Shown here piece after piece: positions 46,516 to 55,293 of a stretch of DNA of 64,000 nt. Origin of the DNA: a virus (taxonomy: Duplodnaviria > Caudoviricetes); the IMG/VR virus record IMGVR_UViG_2974786931_000001, positions 1 through 64,000 of that record; one strand, 5' to 3'. The notes beneath the pieces are model-generated. The model made no database searches and was not told the origin of the DNA. It saw nothing but the letters and a program-made list of their open reading frames with translations. A program made the position numbers and the translations under genes. Each line of letters opens with the position of its first letter. Position 1 is the first letter of the stretch.

Positions 46516-46986
46516 TCATTTAAGTGATTTCCTTAATTGTTTTTTGAATGATGCTTGAAGTTTTGTTTTGGTTTCATCTCCGTAAACAAAACCGTATTTT
46601 TTCATTTCAAGTATCATATCATCTTTTCCTAATCTACCAAATTCTTTTGCTTTATCCGTGATATAATTAGGGTGAATATTTGCATTGCTATAATCTATTT
46701 CAAGATAGGACAACATATTTTTAAGCCATTCTAGGTAGTCGACATCACGACTTTTTAAACCCGACCGATTAAATTTATGTCTAATTTGTCCTTCAGCAGT
46801 ATTGCACCATGGGCATAGTAAACCACGAATCTTACCAGCTTTTGGCCCGATCAATTCGTGGTCGTGGTCAAGGTGATTACTTTGAACATCTTTGTCCAGC
46901 TCTAGTTTACATGTTGGGCAAATACCATTCTGTGCATTATAATATTTTTCTTTTTCTTCTTTATACGTTCTAGCTGTTAATAACAC
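46516..46986 (-). CDS. 49: Recombination endonuclease VII
   Basis: CPTC, NHLDHDH, RGLLC..CN; GTG start. Confidence 0.95.
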   Translation of the reverse strand: MLLTARTYKEEKEKYYNAQNGICPTCKLELDKDVQSNHLDHDHELIGPKAGKIRGLLCPWCNTAEGQIRHKFNRSGLKSRDVDYLEWLKNMLSYLEIDYSNANIHPNYITDKAKEFGRLGKDDMILEMKKYGFVYGDETKTKLQASFKKQLRKSLK

Positions 46987-46987
46987 A

Positions 46988-47025
46988 GTTCACCTCAAAG
47001 CAATAATAAGATGAACGTATTTATT
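46988..47025 (-). promoter_or_regulatory. gene 49 RBS-sequestering hairpin plus near-consensus late promoter (AATAAATA)
   Basis: GTTCATCTTA pairs with TGAGGTGAAC (contains the SD); same architecture as T4 gene 49. Confidence 0.7.
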
Positions 47026-47028
47026 AGT

Positions 47029-47472
47029 TTAGAAGCTTGGACAATCTAGTTCTTTTTCTAGCCAGCGAATATAAGCTGCAGCTTTAACTATCAGATCGTA
47101 TTCTTCAGTATCGCAGTTTTCTTGTGACGCCATTTTATCTAAAGCTAATACAATTGGACGCCCTGCATACATATTGAAATCATTAATCACTTCAATAGGG
47201 TCACTAGAAATCTCTTCGATTTGTTCTATAAGATGAGCCATGTCATTGTCAGTATAAAAGGCCCAGAACAGAGAATTAGGAAATTCTGTAATATCGATCA
47301 ATGGACCAGCACGAAATTGAACAGCTGTGATGCCAGTAGCCCATCTTTTCTCTTCAATTTTTACAACTTTGAATTCAGCACCTTTCTTGAATTCTGGATG
47401 ATAAACAACAGTACCACTGCCAGAATCAAAATCTTCACCGATTATTTTATAGCATTGACCGATATTAAGCAT
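47029..47472 (-). CDS. pin: PinA, inhibitor of host Lon protease
   Basis: PE...G..FKV, AL.K.A.QEN.D..E..L...AA.YI.WLE. Confidence 0.85.
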   Translation of the reverse strand: MLNIGQCYKIIGEDFDSGSGTVVYHPEFKKGAEFKVVKIEEKRWATGITAVQFRAGPLIDITEFPNSLFWAFYTDNDMAHLIEQIEEISSDPIEVINDFNMYAGRPIVLALDKMASQENCDTEEYDLIVKAAAYIRWLEKELDCPSF

Positions 47473-47481
47473 AATATTTCC

Positions 47482-47790
47482 TTAGCAATTAACCCAATTG
47501 ATAACAGTTTTAGTTACAACTTCTTCTACTTTGCGAACAACTGAAACATCAGGGTCTTCATAATGCCAATCTGTATGATAAGAACCTGAACGTGCTTCAT
47601 TTACTGCAATAAAGACACAATGCTTAGTAGACCAATAGATAACTTGACGATACTGATGCTTATGGTTTTGAGTCCACTCGTCGGCTTCGACTTCTTCCAA
47701 ATATTCACTGTCATCAAAGTCTGGTGTATCAGACCAACGGCTATTAGAATGTTCTTTAATAATTTCTTTAATAATTTCTTGATTAGTCAT
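47482..47790 (-). CDS. gp49.2-like protein
   Basis: WTQNHK.QY.QV, V.E.RSGSYHTDW.Y. Confidence 0.7.
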   Translation of the reverse strand: MTNQEIIKEIIKEHSNSRWSDTPDFDDSEYLEEVEADEWTQNHKHQYRQVIYWSTKHCVFIAVNEARSGSYHTDWHYEDPDVSVVRKVEEVVTKTVINWVNC

Positions 47791-48131
47791 TTTTTATATT
47801 TCTCTTCTAATGAACTTGAAATACATTTATATGCTTCATGACCTGCATTAATCAAAGGAAGACGTTCATCGTATGAAATCAACTTATCATGAACTTCAGG
47901 CTTATCTCGCTTAAGAGCATCATATTTGCTTCTAGTCATAGTTAAATGCCAAATTCGCATAATTTCAAATTGAGCATGAATAGACGAAATAACATGGATT
48001 GGATCAATATCTTCTTCTATGCATTTTTGCATGATGTGTAAAGCAAATATATCAGTTTCTTCACTAATATAACTATCAATAAATTTAGTTAATTCGGGTG
48101 TTGCATTTCCAAAGTCATCGCGGCCTTCCAT
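47787..48131 (-). CDS. Hypothetical protein
   Basis: 114-aa ORF with AAGGA SD. Confidence 0.6.
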   Translation of the reverse strand: MEGRDDFGNATPELTKFIDSYISEETDIFALHIMQKCIEEDIDPIHVISSIHAQFEIMRIWHLTMTRSKYDALKRDKPEVHDKLISYDERLPLINAGHEAYKCISSSLEEKYKK

Positions 48132-48140
48132 AACAAATCC

Positions 48141-48413
48141 TTATTTAAGATATTCACGTAGTTCAGTAAAGCCACCGATATAATCTTCACCTTCAAAGAT
48201 TTGTGGCATAGTCAGCCCAACTTTAGTATCACGATTGAGTTTATCAAGTAAAGTCAGAATAACACCATCATCAAACACAGGACCATTTTCATCTTTATTA
48301 ATAACAACAGAGATAAATTTAAATTCTTTTTTCTTAGTAGCAAGTAAACGTTTAGCATTGATGCAAGGGACACACTTATGAATGTGTTCGTCATAGCCAT
48401 AAATCGTAAACAT
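48141..48413 (-). CDS. nrdC: Thioredoxin/glutaredoxin NrdC
   Basis: YGYD..IHKCVPC.NAKRLL, GLTMPQIF, IGGF..LRE. Confidence 0.93.
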   Translation of the reverse strand: MFTIYGYDEHIHKCVPCINAKRLLATKKKEFKFISVVINKDENGPVFDDGVILTLLDKLNRDTKVGLTMPQIFEGEDYIGGFTELREYLK

Positions 48414-48415
48414 CT

Positions 48416-48643
48416 TTAATCCTTATATTCTATATAAATGTCTGGACGTCCTATTTTACACAAGATAAAATCAAGCAAATGACCTGGATTATAATTGGTA
48501 GAATCACAACAAGAAGCAAATGGCATCAAATCATCATAGACAATGCCATCAATTTCTACTTTATAGCCTGTAGCGCTATTCCAACAACCTAGCTCACAGT
48601 CACCGCTTTCAGTGTATATTTCATCGACTTTAATTTCCATCAA
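48416..48643 (-). CDS. Hypothetical Cys-containing protein
   Basis: DCELGC ... ASCC. Confidence 0.55.
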   Translation of the reverse strand: MMEIKVDEIYTESGDCELGCWNSATGYKVEIDGIVYDDLMPFASCCDSTNYNPGHLLDFILCKIGRPDIYIEYKD

Positions 48644-48854
48644 TAACTACCTCAAATTTATGTCTGCACCGACGGCATTTAAATTGAACTGGAGATTTAA
48701 ACCAACCAATAAGTTGTACCTGTTCGCTATTACAACTTGGGCATATTGGTGCTTTTTTGCTGGCTTGCTCACGCCGTTCTACAATTTCAATCATTCTAGC
48801 ATAGAAAATATCTTCATTTAATTGATTTTTCATATTAATCTCGATTAAAAACAA
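48630..48854 (-). CDS. Zinc-ribbon hypothetical protein
   Basis: CPSC ... CRRC. Confidence 0.6.
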   Translation of the reverse strand: MFLIEINMKNQLNEDIFYARMIEIVERREQASKKAPICPSCNSEQVQLIGWFKSPVQFKCRRCRHKFEVVIDGN

Positions 48855-48917
48855 AGATCATGGCTAAACTTACACAGAATACTACAGCAATACAAGCACC
48901 TACAATTATTTCAATAA

Positions 48918-49160
48918 TCATAAAATTACCCAGCCTTTAACTGAATCGAACCAGACTTTACGGTCTAATTCTATAGAGCATTTAGAACCTGAGATATTTG
49001 TATGCGTTACTATGATGCCATGCCCTTCAGTTTCAAATGCCGCAAATTTAATGTCGTGTTCTACTCTAGAACTAAAAATATATGGTAGACCATTAAGTAC
49101 AACAATCTGTCCAGTTATCAATTTACTAGGTAGAACATAAGTAATATCAAGTGGATTCAT
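48918..49160 (-). CDS. Hypothetical protein
   Basis: 80-aa ORF. Confidence 0.5.
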   Translation of the reverse strand: MNPLDITYVLPSKLITGQIVVLNGLPYIFSSRVEHDIKFAAFETEGHGIIVTHTNISGSKCSIELDRKVWFDSVKGWVIL

Positions 49161-49173
49161 TCTATCATAATCC

Positions 49174-49461
49174 TTAAGTAAAGTAAACTGATGGTTTTCG
49201 TTTTGGTTCTAGATCTTTCAAATCAGTCTTATACACTTGCAAAGCTGTTGCTTTGAGATTTTTAAAAACATTCACGGCAGCTATTTGTCGACGGTCCATT
49301 GCAATAAGGCCTACAGTTTTACAGACAATATCAGACTCTAAATTGTTAGAAAATACTGGATATCTTAGTGAATAAGCCATATCGATTTCAAATGATTTAC
49401 GAGCCATTTGCAGATTTGTCTCGTAGCGTTTCAATGCTTCTAATTTAAGTTTTATACTCAT
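49174..49461 (-). CDS. Hypothetical protein
   Basis: 95-aa ORF, coupled. Confidence 0.55.
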   Translation of the reverse strand: MSIKLKLEALKRYETNLQMARKSFEIDMAYSLRYPVFSNNLESDIVCKTVGLIAMDRRQIAAVNVFKNLKATALQVYKTDLKDLEPKRKPSVYFT

Positions 49462-50336
49462 TTTAGAGTTCTCAATGATTCTTGAAGTTTTGCTGCAGTT
49501 TTATCCAATACTATTACTTGGGCCAATAACTTATTTTTCTCTGCGAGAACTTCGTTTAATGATTCTTGAAGTTTTGCTGTACATTCAATTATTGCACTAG
49601 GAATAGATTCTTTAACTGGCTCGGCTATAAAATAATCTGAACTGTTTGATTCCGTTTTAAAATACAGCGAGTTAAGTTGAACACAAAGTGTTGTACCGTT
49701 ATCATGTACTTTATCAACAATAGACATTGCATTAAGCATTTTAAGAACATGCAATTTATTTCTGGCGAAATGATACGGTTTGGCTAAGTCGATAGTAATA
49801 CTATCTTTACATGTTTTGCTTATTGATGCAATAAAATGCTTAGTTCTAACCTTAACAACTACGCGGTCATTACCTGAGCACAATCTTGCACCTTGTGCAA
49901 TTAATCTATTAGATTCCATATTCAAGTATGAGACGAGCCATAAAGCACTATTGTCTGTAGTAAATGCATTATCGCCATTTACTACAAAACGTCCTGTATT
50001 ACGATAAACGCCTAATTTGCTTAATTTCTGCTCCGCAGAATACTTACTGAAAACATTCTTGCGTTTAAACAATTTCACGAATTCAGTGAATAACGAATTC
50101 GGTGACATAAACTTAGAAGATTCTAAGGTTTCATCTCTGGTATTTACATTACGTGGGTCCCAACCAGGCGCATCACAAATAGGATGAAAACCTGATAGTT
50201 CACTTACTTTATCATACAAATTTTCTAAAAATGAATCATCGATTCGAACAGATGAGTTAGAAAATACAGTACGATCGGAATACTTATCATCGATTTCAGT
50301 TGTAATTAAATCTTTTAACTCAGTGAATAAACTCAT
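49458..50336 (-). CDS. nrdC.x-family hypothetical protein with C-terminal coiled coil
   Basis: 292 aa; repeated AKLQESL; architecture like 56381-57322. Confidence 0.6.
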   Translation of the reverse strand: MSLFTELKDLITTEIDDKYSDRTVFSNSSVRIDDSFLENLYDKVSELSGFHPICDAPGWDPRNVNTRDETLESSKFMSPNSLFTEFVKLFKRKNVFSKYSAEQKLSKLGVYRNTGRFVVNGDNAFTTDNSALWLVSYLNMESNRLIAQGARLCSGNDRVVVKVRTKHFIASISKTCKDSITIDLAKPYHFARNKLHVLKMLNAMSIVDKVHDNGTTLCVQLNSLYFKTESNSSDYFIAEPVKESIPSAIIECTAKLQESLNEVLAEKNKLLAQVIVLDKTAAKLQESLRTLK

Positions 50337-50460
50337 ATCAATTACCTAAATGGATAGACCTAAAGTCATTATACCGTTATTTTTGTAAAGCATTATTTGT
50401 TCCACCATTGGATTATCAATAATGCTACCATAATAATAATCATTACCGTTACGCCATCCA

Positions 50461-51132
50461 TTACCAGCCAAACTCGGTTGATGGCAAGAACACTTGCTGT
50501 TGACGACGGAAAATTTGATTTAAATCTGTTTGTGGTTCAAAATAATCTGTTTCAGTAACACGAATCAAATAACGCCAACCTGACTGACGAGCTGCTTGAG
50601 CAGTATGCAATTCCCACCAATCCCACTCATAGATGAAGCCTGGTTCAATTTCATACGTATCATATAGGTTTATATCAGCTTTGACCTTCTGTGTCAAGGA
50701 CTTATACAGGGACGTCAGGTTCGTATCTAAGAGTTCTACTTCAACATTACGATTCTTAATAAAAATAGTAGGACAATCAATACCTAATACCATTAAATGA
50801 TATTTAGGAGCACGAGTATTTTCTTGCATATTAATATCAGGCGAACCTTTAGCAGGAGACATACTTCCACCGCGTGGAACACCATCAGTATGCCAGCCTG
50901 GTATCGCAGGAAACATGCCAGGCTGTAGCAGGTGGGTTTTAACATCAACAATAATATGTTTATACTCATAAGTCAGGTTCATTGAACTGAGAGCTTCCTG
51001 AGTGATTTTACCACCAAAGTTTATTGCTATTTCTAGTGGAGCATTCCATAACCCAGGAGCATCTTTAATATCCGCTTGAGTAAATGAATGGACACTATTT
51101 CCAACTTTAACTTCATTGCGATTAAATAACAT
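50461..51132 (-). CDS. Putative Fe(II)/2-oxoglutarate (DSBH) dioxygenase-like protein
   Basis: GWHTDG (HxD), distal ELH, then WR.LIR. Confidence 0.55.
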   Translation of the reverse strand: MLFNRNEVKVGNSVHSFTQADIKDAPGLWNAPLEIAINFGGKITQEALSSMNLTYEYKHIIVDVKTHLLQPGMFPAIPGWHTDGVPRGGSMSPAKGSPDINMQENTRAPKYHLMVLGIDCPTIFIKNRNVEVELLDTNLTSLYKSLTQKVKADINLYDTYEIEPGFIYEWDWWELHTAQAARQSGWRYLIRVTETDYFEPQTDLNQIFRRQQQVFLPSTEFGW

Positions 51133-51142
51133 TTTTATTTCC

Positions 51143-51409
51143 TCACAGGTCGCCAGATTTATATTTTTCGATTGTAACATCTAAATCATAACCTTTAGAT
51201 GCTTCATTTTCACGAACAATTTGAGTATCATAACCAAATGAATGAGTATATTTGTAATAATTTTCAATTTGGCCTTTAATTAAAGGATCTGTACTAAAAG
51301 TGATAATAGTAATAACACCTTCAAGCATACGAAATAATACGGTTTGGACTTGAATTCCATCCCAAGTGTTTGTTACAATACGGTCACCAGGTCTAAGATC
51401 GTGTCTCAT
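51143..51409 (-). CDS. Hypothetical protein
   Basis: GAGGA SD; 88 aa. Confidence 0.6.
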   Translation of the reverse strand: MRHDLRPGDRIVTNTWDGIQVQTVLFRMLEGVITIITFSTDPLIKGQIENYYKYTHSFGYDTQIVRENEASKGYDLDVTIEKYKSGDL

Positions 51410-51604
51410 TTTTTTATTTCCTCACAAAATCAATTGAATTTAATTCTAAAATCTTTTTAGCAAATTCTAAAGCTTGGCATTAGATAATGTAATAGAACCT
51501 GCCCCAGTAATATCATCTGCATGTTCAGAGATTATATCAATGCAGTTTTCAGAAATATCAACATCAAAAGATTCATCCTTACCTTTAAGAGTAAACAACA
51601 TTTT

Positions 51605-51844
51605 TTATTTCCTCAAGTTATCGATTAATGCAAAAATTGCATTTAAGATATAATTTATCACTAAACATCCTATCAAAATAACCAATACTCCTAGTGCCAG
51701 CGGCCATAACACTACAATAATAATTCCTAATATAGATGATAACTCTGAATCATCTGGTTCTAAAGCATGAGTGGTCAATTTACAAAAAACTGCTGTAATC
51801 AGTCCACAAAAGAACCATATCATACAAAAAATAAAAGCATCCAT
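51605..51844 (-). CDS. Small two-TM membrane protein
   Basis: Two hydrophobic segments, LWPL motif. Confidence 0.65.
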   Translation of the reverse strand: MDAFIFCMIWFFCGLITAVFCKLTTHALEPDDSELSSILGIIIVVLWPLALGVLVILIGCLVINYILNAIFALIDNLRK

Positions 51845-52635
51845 TAGATAACCTTAATCTGAGAAGGGCGTTTAAAGAAAGCGTGGGTTTTATCATTTTC
51901 GGCTACTTCGAATGTAGCCGCGAATTCGATTTCACCACGATAATCAATTGACACTGATTTAGGCAAAGAACCGTAAACAGTAGAACCATTTTCAAGAACA
52001 ACAGTCATCTTAATAGAAGGACCGTAGAAACTTTCAACTACTTTAGTTGAGCGAAGTGTTCCTTTAACATGAGTTTTACCTGAAGGCGCATCACCTTTTA
52101 ATAATTTAAGTTGTTCGTATAAGTTTGTAAAGAATGCATCAGAAAATGTCTTGATTGTGTCAAGGAAAATTGGGTTAGTTTTTATTTCACACATAAAGAC
52201 ATTAATGCCTTCATTTACCCAAGTTTTATAAGGAGGGAGAATGTCAATTGATTCTTTCATCATGCAAAGAGAATTGTACATTTCTTCTGTAATACGAAGT
52301 TTCCAAAACCCATATGCAGATTCACTAATAGGTCTTGATATATAATCAGCTTCGTCAGCATATGGCAAATATTGCCCACCGCCATAAGCTTCTATTTCTT
52401 GTGTAATCGGGTCTTCCCACAGATAGCCATCAAATGGGGCATGAGGACGTCCATCAACACCCCAAGTAGGGTCAACACATTTATCAAATGATTTACGACC
52501 TGATAGTGTAGCAGACCATCCCGAATTAAGTTCAATTGCGCGATTTGTAACACGTACACGATGAGCTTTATACTTGGCACGTTGCGCGTCACGAAGTTCT
52601 GTTAAAATTTCTAAAATATCTTTTGATGTAGACAT
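51844..52635 (-). CDS. Conserved hypothetical protein (possible C-terminal OB-like domain)
   Basis: 263 aa; AGGAG SD; early promoter (GTTTAC 52687-52692). Confidence 0.7.
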   Translation of the reverse strand: MSTSKDILEILTELRDAQRAKYKAHRVRVTNRAIELNSGWSATLSGRKSFDKCVDPTWGVDGRPHAPFDGYLWEDPITQEIEAYGGGQYLPYADEADYISRPISESAYGFWKLRITEEMYNSLCMMKESIDILPPYKTWVNEGINVFMCEIKTNPIFLDTIKTFSDAFFTNLYEQLKLLKGDAPSGKTHVKGTLRSTKVVESFYGPSIKMTVVLENGSTVYGSLPKSVSIDYRGEIEFAATFEVAENDKTHAFFKRPSQIKVI

Positions 52636-52691
52636 AATAATCTCCTTTGATTTGATAGGAGTACTATACCATGTCTACATCAACATGTAAA

Positions 52692-52883
52692 CTATATTTT
52701 TCCACGACTGAGCAAATAAAATATCCATAATGGATAAAGCAGAGCAATGATACTACATTTAATGGTTGTCCACACCTTTCCGCCTTTAGGAGCAAATGTA
52801 TGCGTAGCTATAGCTACGACTGAACCTGTGATGATCCAGCAGAATAAAGCAAACAGACTTAATATGATAAGTGCAATAGACAT
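52692..52883 (-). CDS. Small two-TM membrane protein
   Basis: MSIALIIL...LLYPLW. Confidence 0.55.
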   Translation of the reverse strand: MSIALIILSLFALFCWIITGSVVAIATHTFAPKGGKVWTTIKCSIIALLYPLWIFYLLSRGKI

Positions 52884-52999
52884 AAGACCTACATTTTCAA
52901 AGTGTATTGATAACCTGCAATCCACAAAACACTCAAGATCGCTGCGATAGTTCCAAAGACATCGATATTAGCTACGATATAATCAATCATAGTATTTCC

Positions 53000-53215
53000 T
53001 TATTCAGTAAGATATTCATACCATAAACGTTCTACAAACATTCCAGCATAAACGAATATAAGAATAAACCCAACTAATGGCCAAAGGCATGTAACCCATG
53101 CAGCATAAACAGAATCAAATTCAACATCAAAGAATTTATTGATACGTTTTACTAATAGTGCAATTGCCACACCCAATATAATGTACAAAGCAAAATAACA
53201 AATTGCAAGAATCAT
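53000..53215 (-). CDS. Small two-TM membrane protein
   Basis: Y.ILG..IAL, FDS, LWPL. Confidence 0.65.
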   Translation of the reverse strand: MILAICYFALYIILGVAIALLVKRINKFFDVEFDSVYAAWVTCLWPLVGFILIFVYAGMFVERLWYEYLTE

Positions 53216-53466
53216 GATTTAACCTTATTCAAACGGATGTCCCATAAATGCTTAACGAGAAATGTGATGAAAATAAAAGGCATAATAAGCACTAAAAGTG
53301 GCCAAAGAGCCGTGGCCATTAAAGCAGAACTTGAATCAAAAGTGCTAGTTGTATAAGGATTTCTATTAGCCCATTCACATATCAATGCAACTAATGTGCC
53401 AATACCAATGTACACCACAAGTCCACATAAAAAATAAATTATAATTGTAATCATAAGTCCTTCCAT
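53212..53466 (-). CDS. Small two-TM membrane protein
   Basis: YIGIG.LVAL, FDS, LWPL; paralog of 53000-53215. Confidence 0.65.
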   Translation of the reverse strand: MEGLMITIIIYFLCGLVVYIGIGTLVALICEWANRNPYTTSTFDSSSALMATALWPLLVLIMPFIFITFLVKHLWDIRLNKVKS

Positions 53467-53939
53467 TCTAAGGCTAATGTATCATGAGCAGCTATAACGT
53501 TCTGGAACAAATTTGTATCTGGATAACAGTCATACAAATAGCTTTTAATTTCTTGGTTCTTTAAGGCCCATGGCTTGTACCATTCAGCTAAATCAGGATG
53601 TTGCTTACAAAGCTTTTGAATTTCACGATTAGTAACCAAAGCCCAGAACAAAAATGTTCCTTGAACTTTATCGATATATTCCAGTTTAACATCATAATTA
53701 GCATTCATTATAGAAGCAACTACTACATCACGCCAGGCCGAACGTAATTCACCTAATACATTAGGCTTATTACCATGATTGAATTTATAAAGCTCTTCAC
53801 AGATTCTAACAGCATTTTTTTCTTGTTTACCTTGAGGTTTACCTGCATAGATATGTGCAGGTGGATATAATGATGTATTCTCGACCCAGTTATTCATGAG
53901 AATCATATGGACGCTCCATAATAAAATCGTAGTTATCAT
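53451..53939 (-). CDS. Conserved T4-like hypothetical protein (start probably MILMNNW)
   Basis: YPPAHIYAGKPQ.K.EK.A..ICEELYKFN. Confidence 0.6.
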   Translation of the reverse strand: MITTILLWSVHMILMNNWVENTSLYPPAHIYAGKPQGKQEKNAVRICEELYKFNHGNKPNVLGELRSAWRDVVVASIMNANYDVKLEYIDKVQGTFLFWALVTNREIQKLCKQHPDLAEWYKPWALKNQEIKSYLYDCYPDTNLFQNVIAAHDTLALEWKDL

Positions 53940-54327
53940 TTACATCCATCTTCAGCCAAAAGACACCTAGTTGGATATTATTTGGCTCATTACCTTTAGA
54001 CCCAGTAGATCGTCCGAAGTCACGTTTAGAATATCGATGATGACCATGCTCGTCATAAAGTGTCTCATATGAAGTGCCTGGATTAGAGAGACCTTGCATA
54101 GTAACCACTGAACCGCCGAGAGTAGTATATTCGTAACCTTTAGCAAATGTATTTGGATTACCATTAGTTGAAGCAACCATCACAATTTCATATTCTTCAT
54201 TTTCTTCAGAATATGACCCTAAATGACATACAGCTTGGTATTCATTAGGAGCTTCAATTTTAGATGTATGGAAAATTCCATCCCATTTACCTTCTACTAA
54301 ACGACGATATTTAATTTTATATAACAT
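53890..54327 (-). CDS. Hypothetical protein
   Basis: GAGG SD; 145 aa. Confidence 0.6.
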   Translation of the reverse strand: MLYKIKYRRLVEGKWDGIFHTSKIEAPNEYQAVCHLGSYSEENEEYEIVMVASTNGNPNTFAKGYEYTTLGGSVVTMQGLSNPGTSYETLYDEHGHHRYSKRDFGRSTGSKGNEPNNIQLGVFWLKMDVNDNYDFIMERPYDSHE

Positions 54328-54487
54328 AACTACCTCAGAAATTTAGGTTTAACTACGGTATAAGTCACATGACGCCAAGTAGCCTTATATTTCTTAATCA
54401 ATATATCTACTTCTTCAAGAGATTCAGTTTTAGTGAGATACCATTTATCCCCACCTATTTCCATTGAACCATATATCACATAAACTG

Positions 54488-54721
54488 TCATGATTTAAGT
54501 TCTAAAGATTCACCTAGGTTATTCATTGTGTTAGCTACATAAGCAAATACAACTACACCTATAGCAGTGAAAGCTAATTCAATAGGACCAATCGAAGAGA
54601 AGAAAGCAGACAAATTAGGGTTATTGATTTTAGCTTGAATAGTAGCCATAAACAATTCACCATCATGATCTAGACCAAGTTTGTTCAGAATTACTTGATA
54701 TACATAAGAGATATAAGACAT
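54488..54721 (-). CDS. Hypothetical membrane-associated protein
   Basis: GAGGA SD; one TM segment. Confidence 0.55.
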   Translation of the reverse strand: MSYISYVYQVILNKLGLDHDGELFMATIQAKINNPNLSAFFSSIGPIELAFTAIGVVVFAYVANTMNNLGESLELKS

Positions 54722-54735
54722 ATTATTTTCCTCAA

Positions 54736-55032
54736 TTAAATTGTCACTGAATCATCGTATTTTGTTTCACGAGGTGTGTAATCTGTTGTAGCCGATAATC
54801 CACAGGATTTACAAACCATTTTTGGGATAACATTTTGGTGGAAAAAAGAATCATCGTAACCACTAGATTTTTCTTCGAATTCACAATGTTCGCATTGGTA
54901 AATAGCCTGAAAATCTCGGCGATGTTGAGATATCATCTTTTTAATATGCATATTATTTTCCTCAATTTTACAAAATAAATGGTTCAATATCTGATAAGTC
55001 AACAGTCCAACCACGAGTAGATATGTTATCAC
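54736..55032 (-). CDS. Zinc-ribbon hypothetical protein (start probably MHIKK)
   Basis: RRDF.A.Y.CEHC, GYDD..FH, CKSC. Confidence 0.6.
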   Translation of the reverse strand: MITYLLVVGLLTYQILNHLFCKIEENNMHIKKMISQHRRDFQAIYQCEHCEFEEKSSGYDDSFFHQNVIPKMVCKSCGLSATTDYTPRETKYDDSVTI

Positions 55033-55234
55033 GACTAATACGAGCTGTTTTGTCGGTATGAGAATCTAACATAACACTATTAGGACCATACATTACTATA
55101 TCACCAGGTTTTAACGAGCGAAGCCAATTAAGACGTTCAACATCTTTAACTAAATTAGCTTTGATCAAAGCATCTAGAACTTCATTTTGATCCATTTCGC
55201 GAACTACATGACGAACTATATCATAAACACTCAT
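54968..55234 (-). CDS. Hypothetical protein
   Basis: AAGGA SD, behind a stem-loop early promoter. Confidence 0.6.
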   Translation of the reverse strand: MSVYDIVRHVVREMDQNEVLDALIKANLVKDVERLNWLRSLKPGDIVMYGPNSVMLDSHTDKTARISRDNISTRGWTVDLSDIEPFIL

Positions 55235-55254
55235 ATCGAATCCTTGATTAATTT

Positions 55255-55293
55255 GATAGGTCCACTATAACATGAACCTATCTTAATGTAAAC
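55255..55293 (-). promoter_or_regulatory. Early promoter with stem-loop (PeSL-like)
   Basis: GATAGGT/ACCTATC inverted repeat around the -10; GTTTAC at 55288-55293. Confidence 0.7.

Noticed and set aside
51121-54968. Repeated TATTTCCTCA / TATTATTTTCCTCAATT strings
   Set aside because: These are the phage's preferred ribosome-binding regions (TGAGGAAA..ATG); no evidence of a separate element
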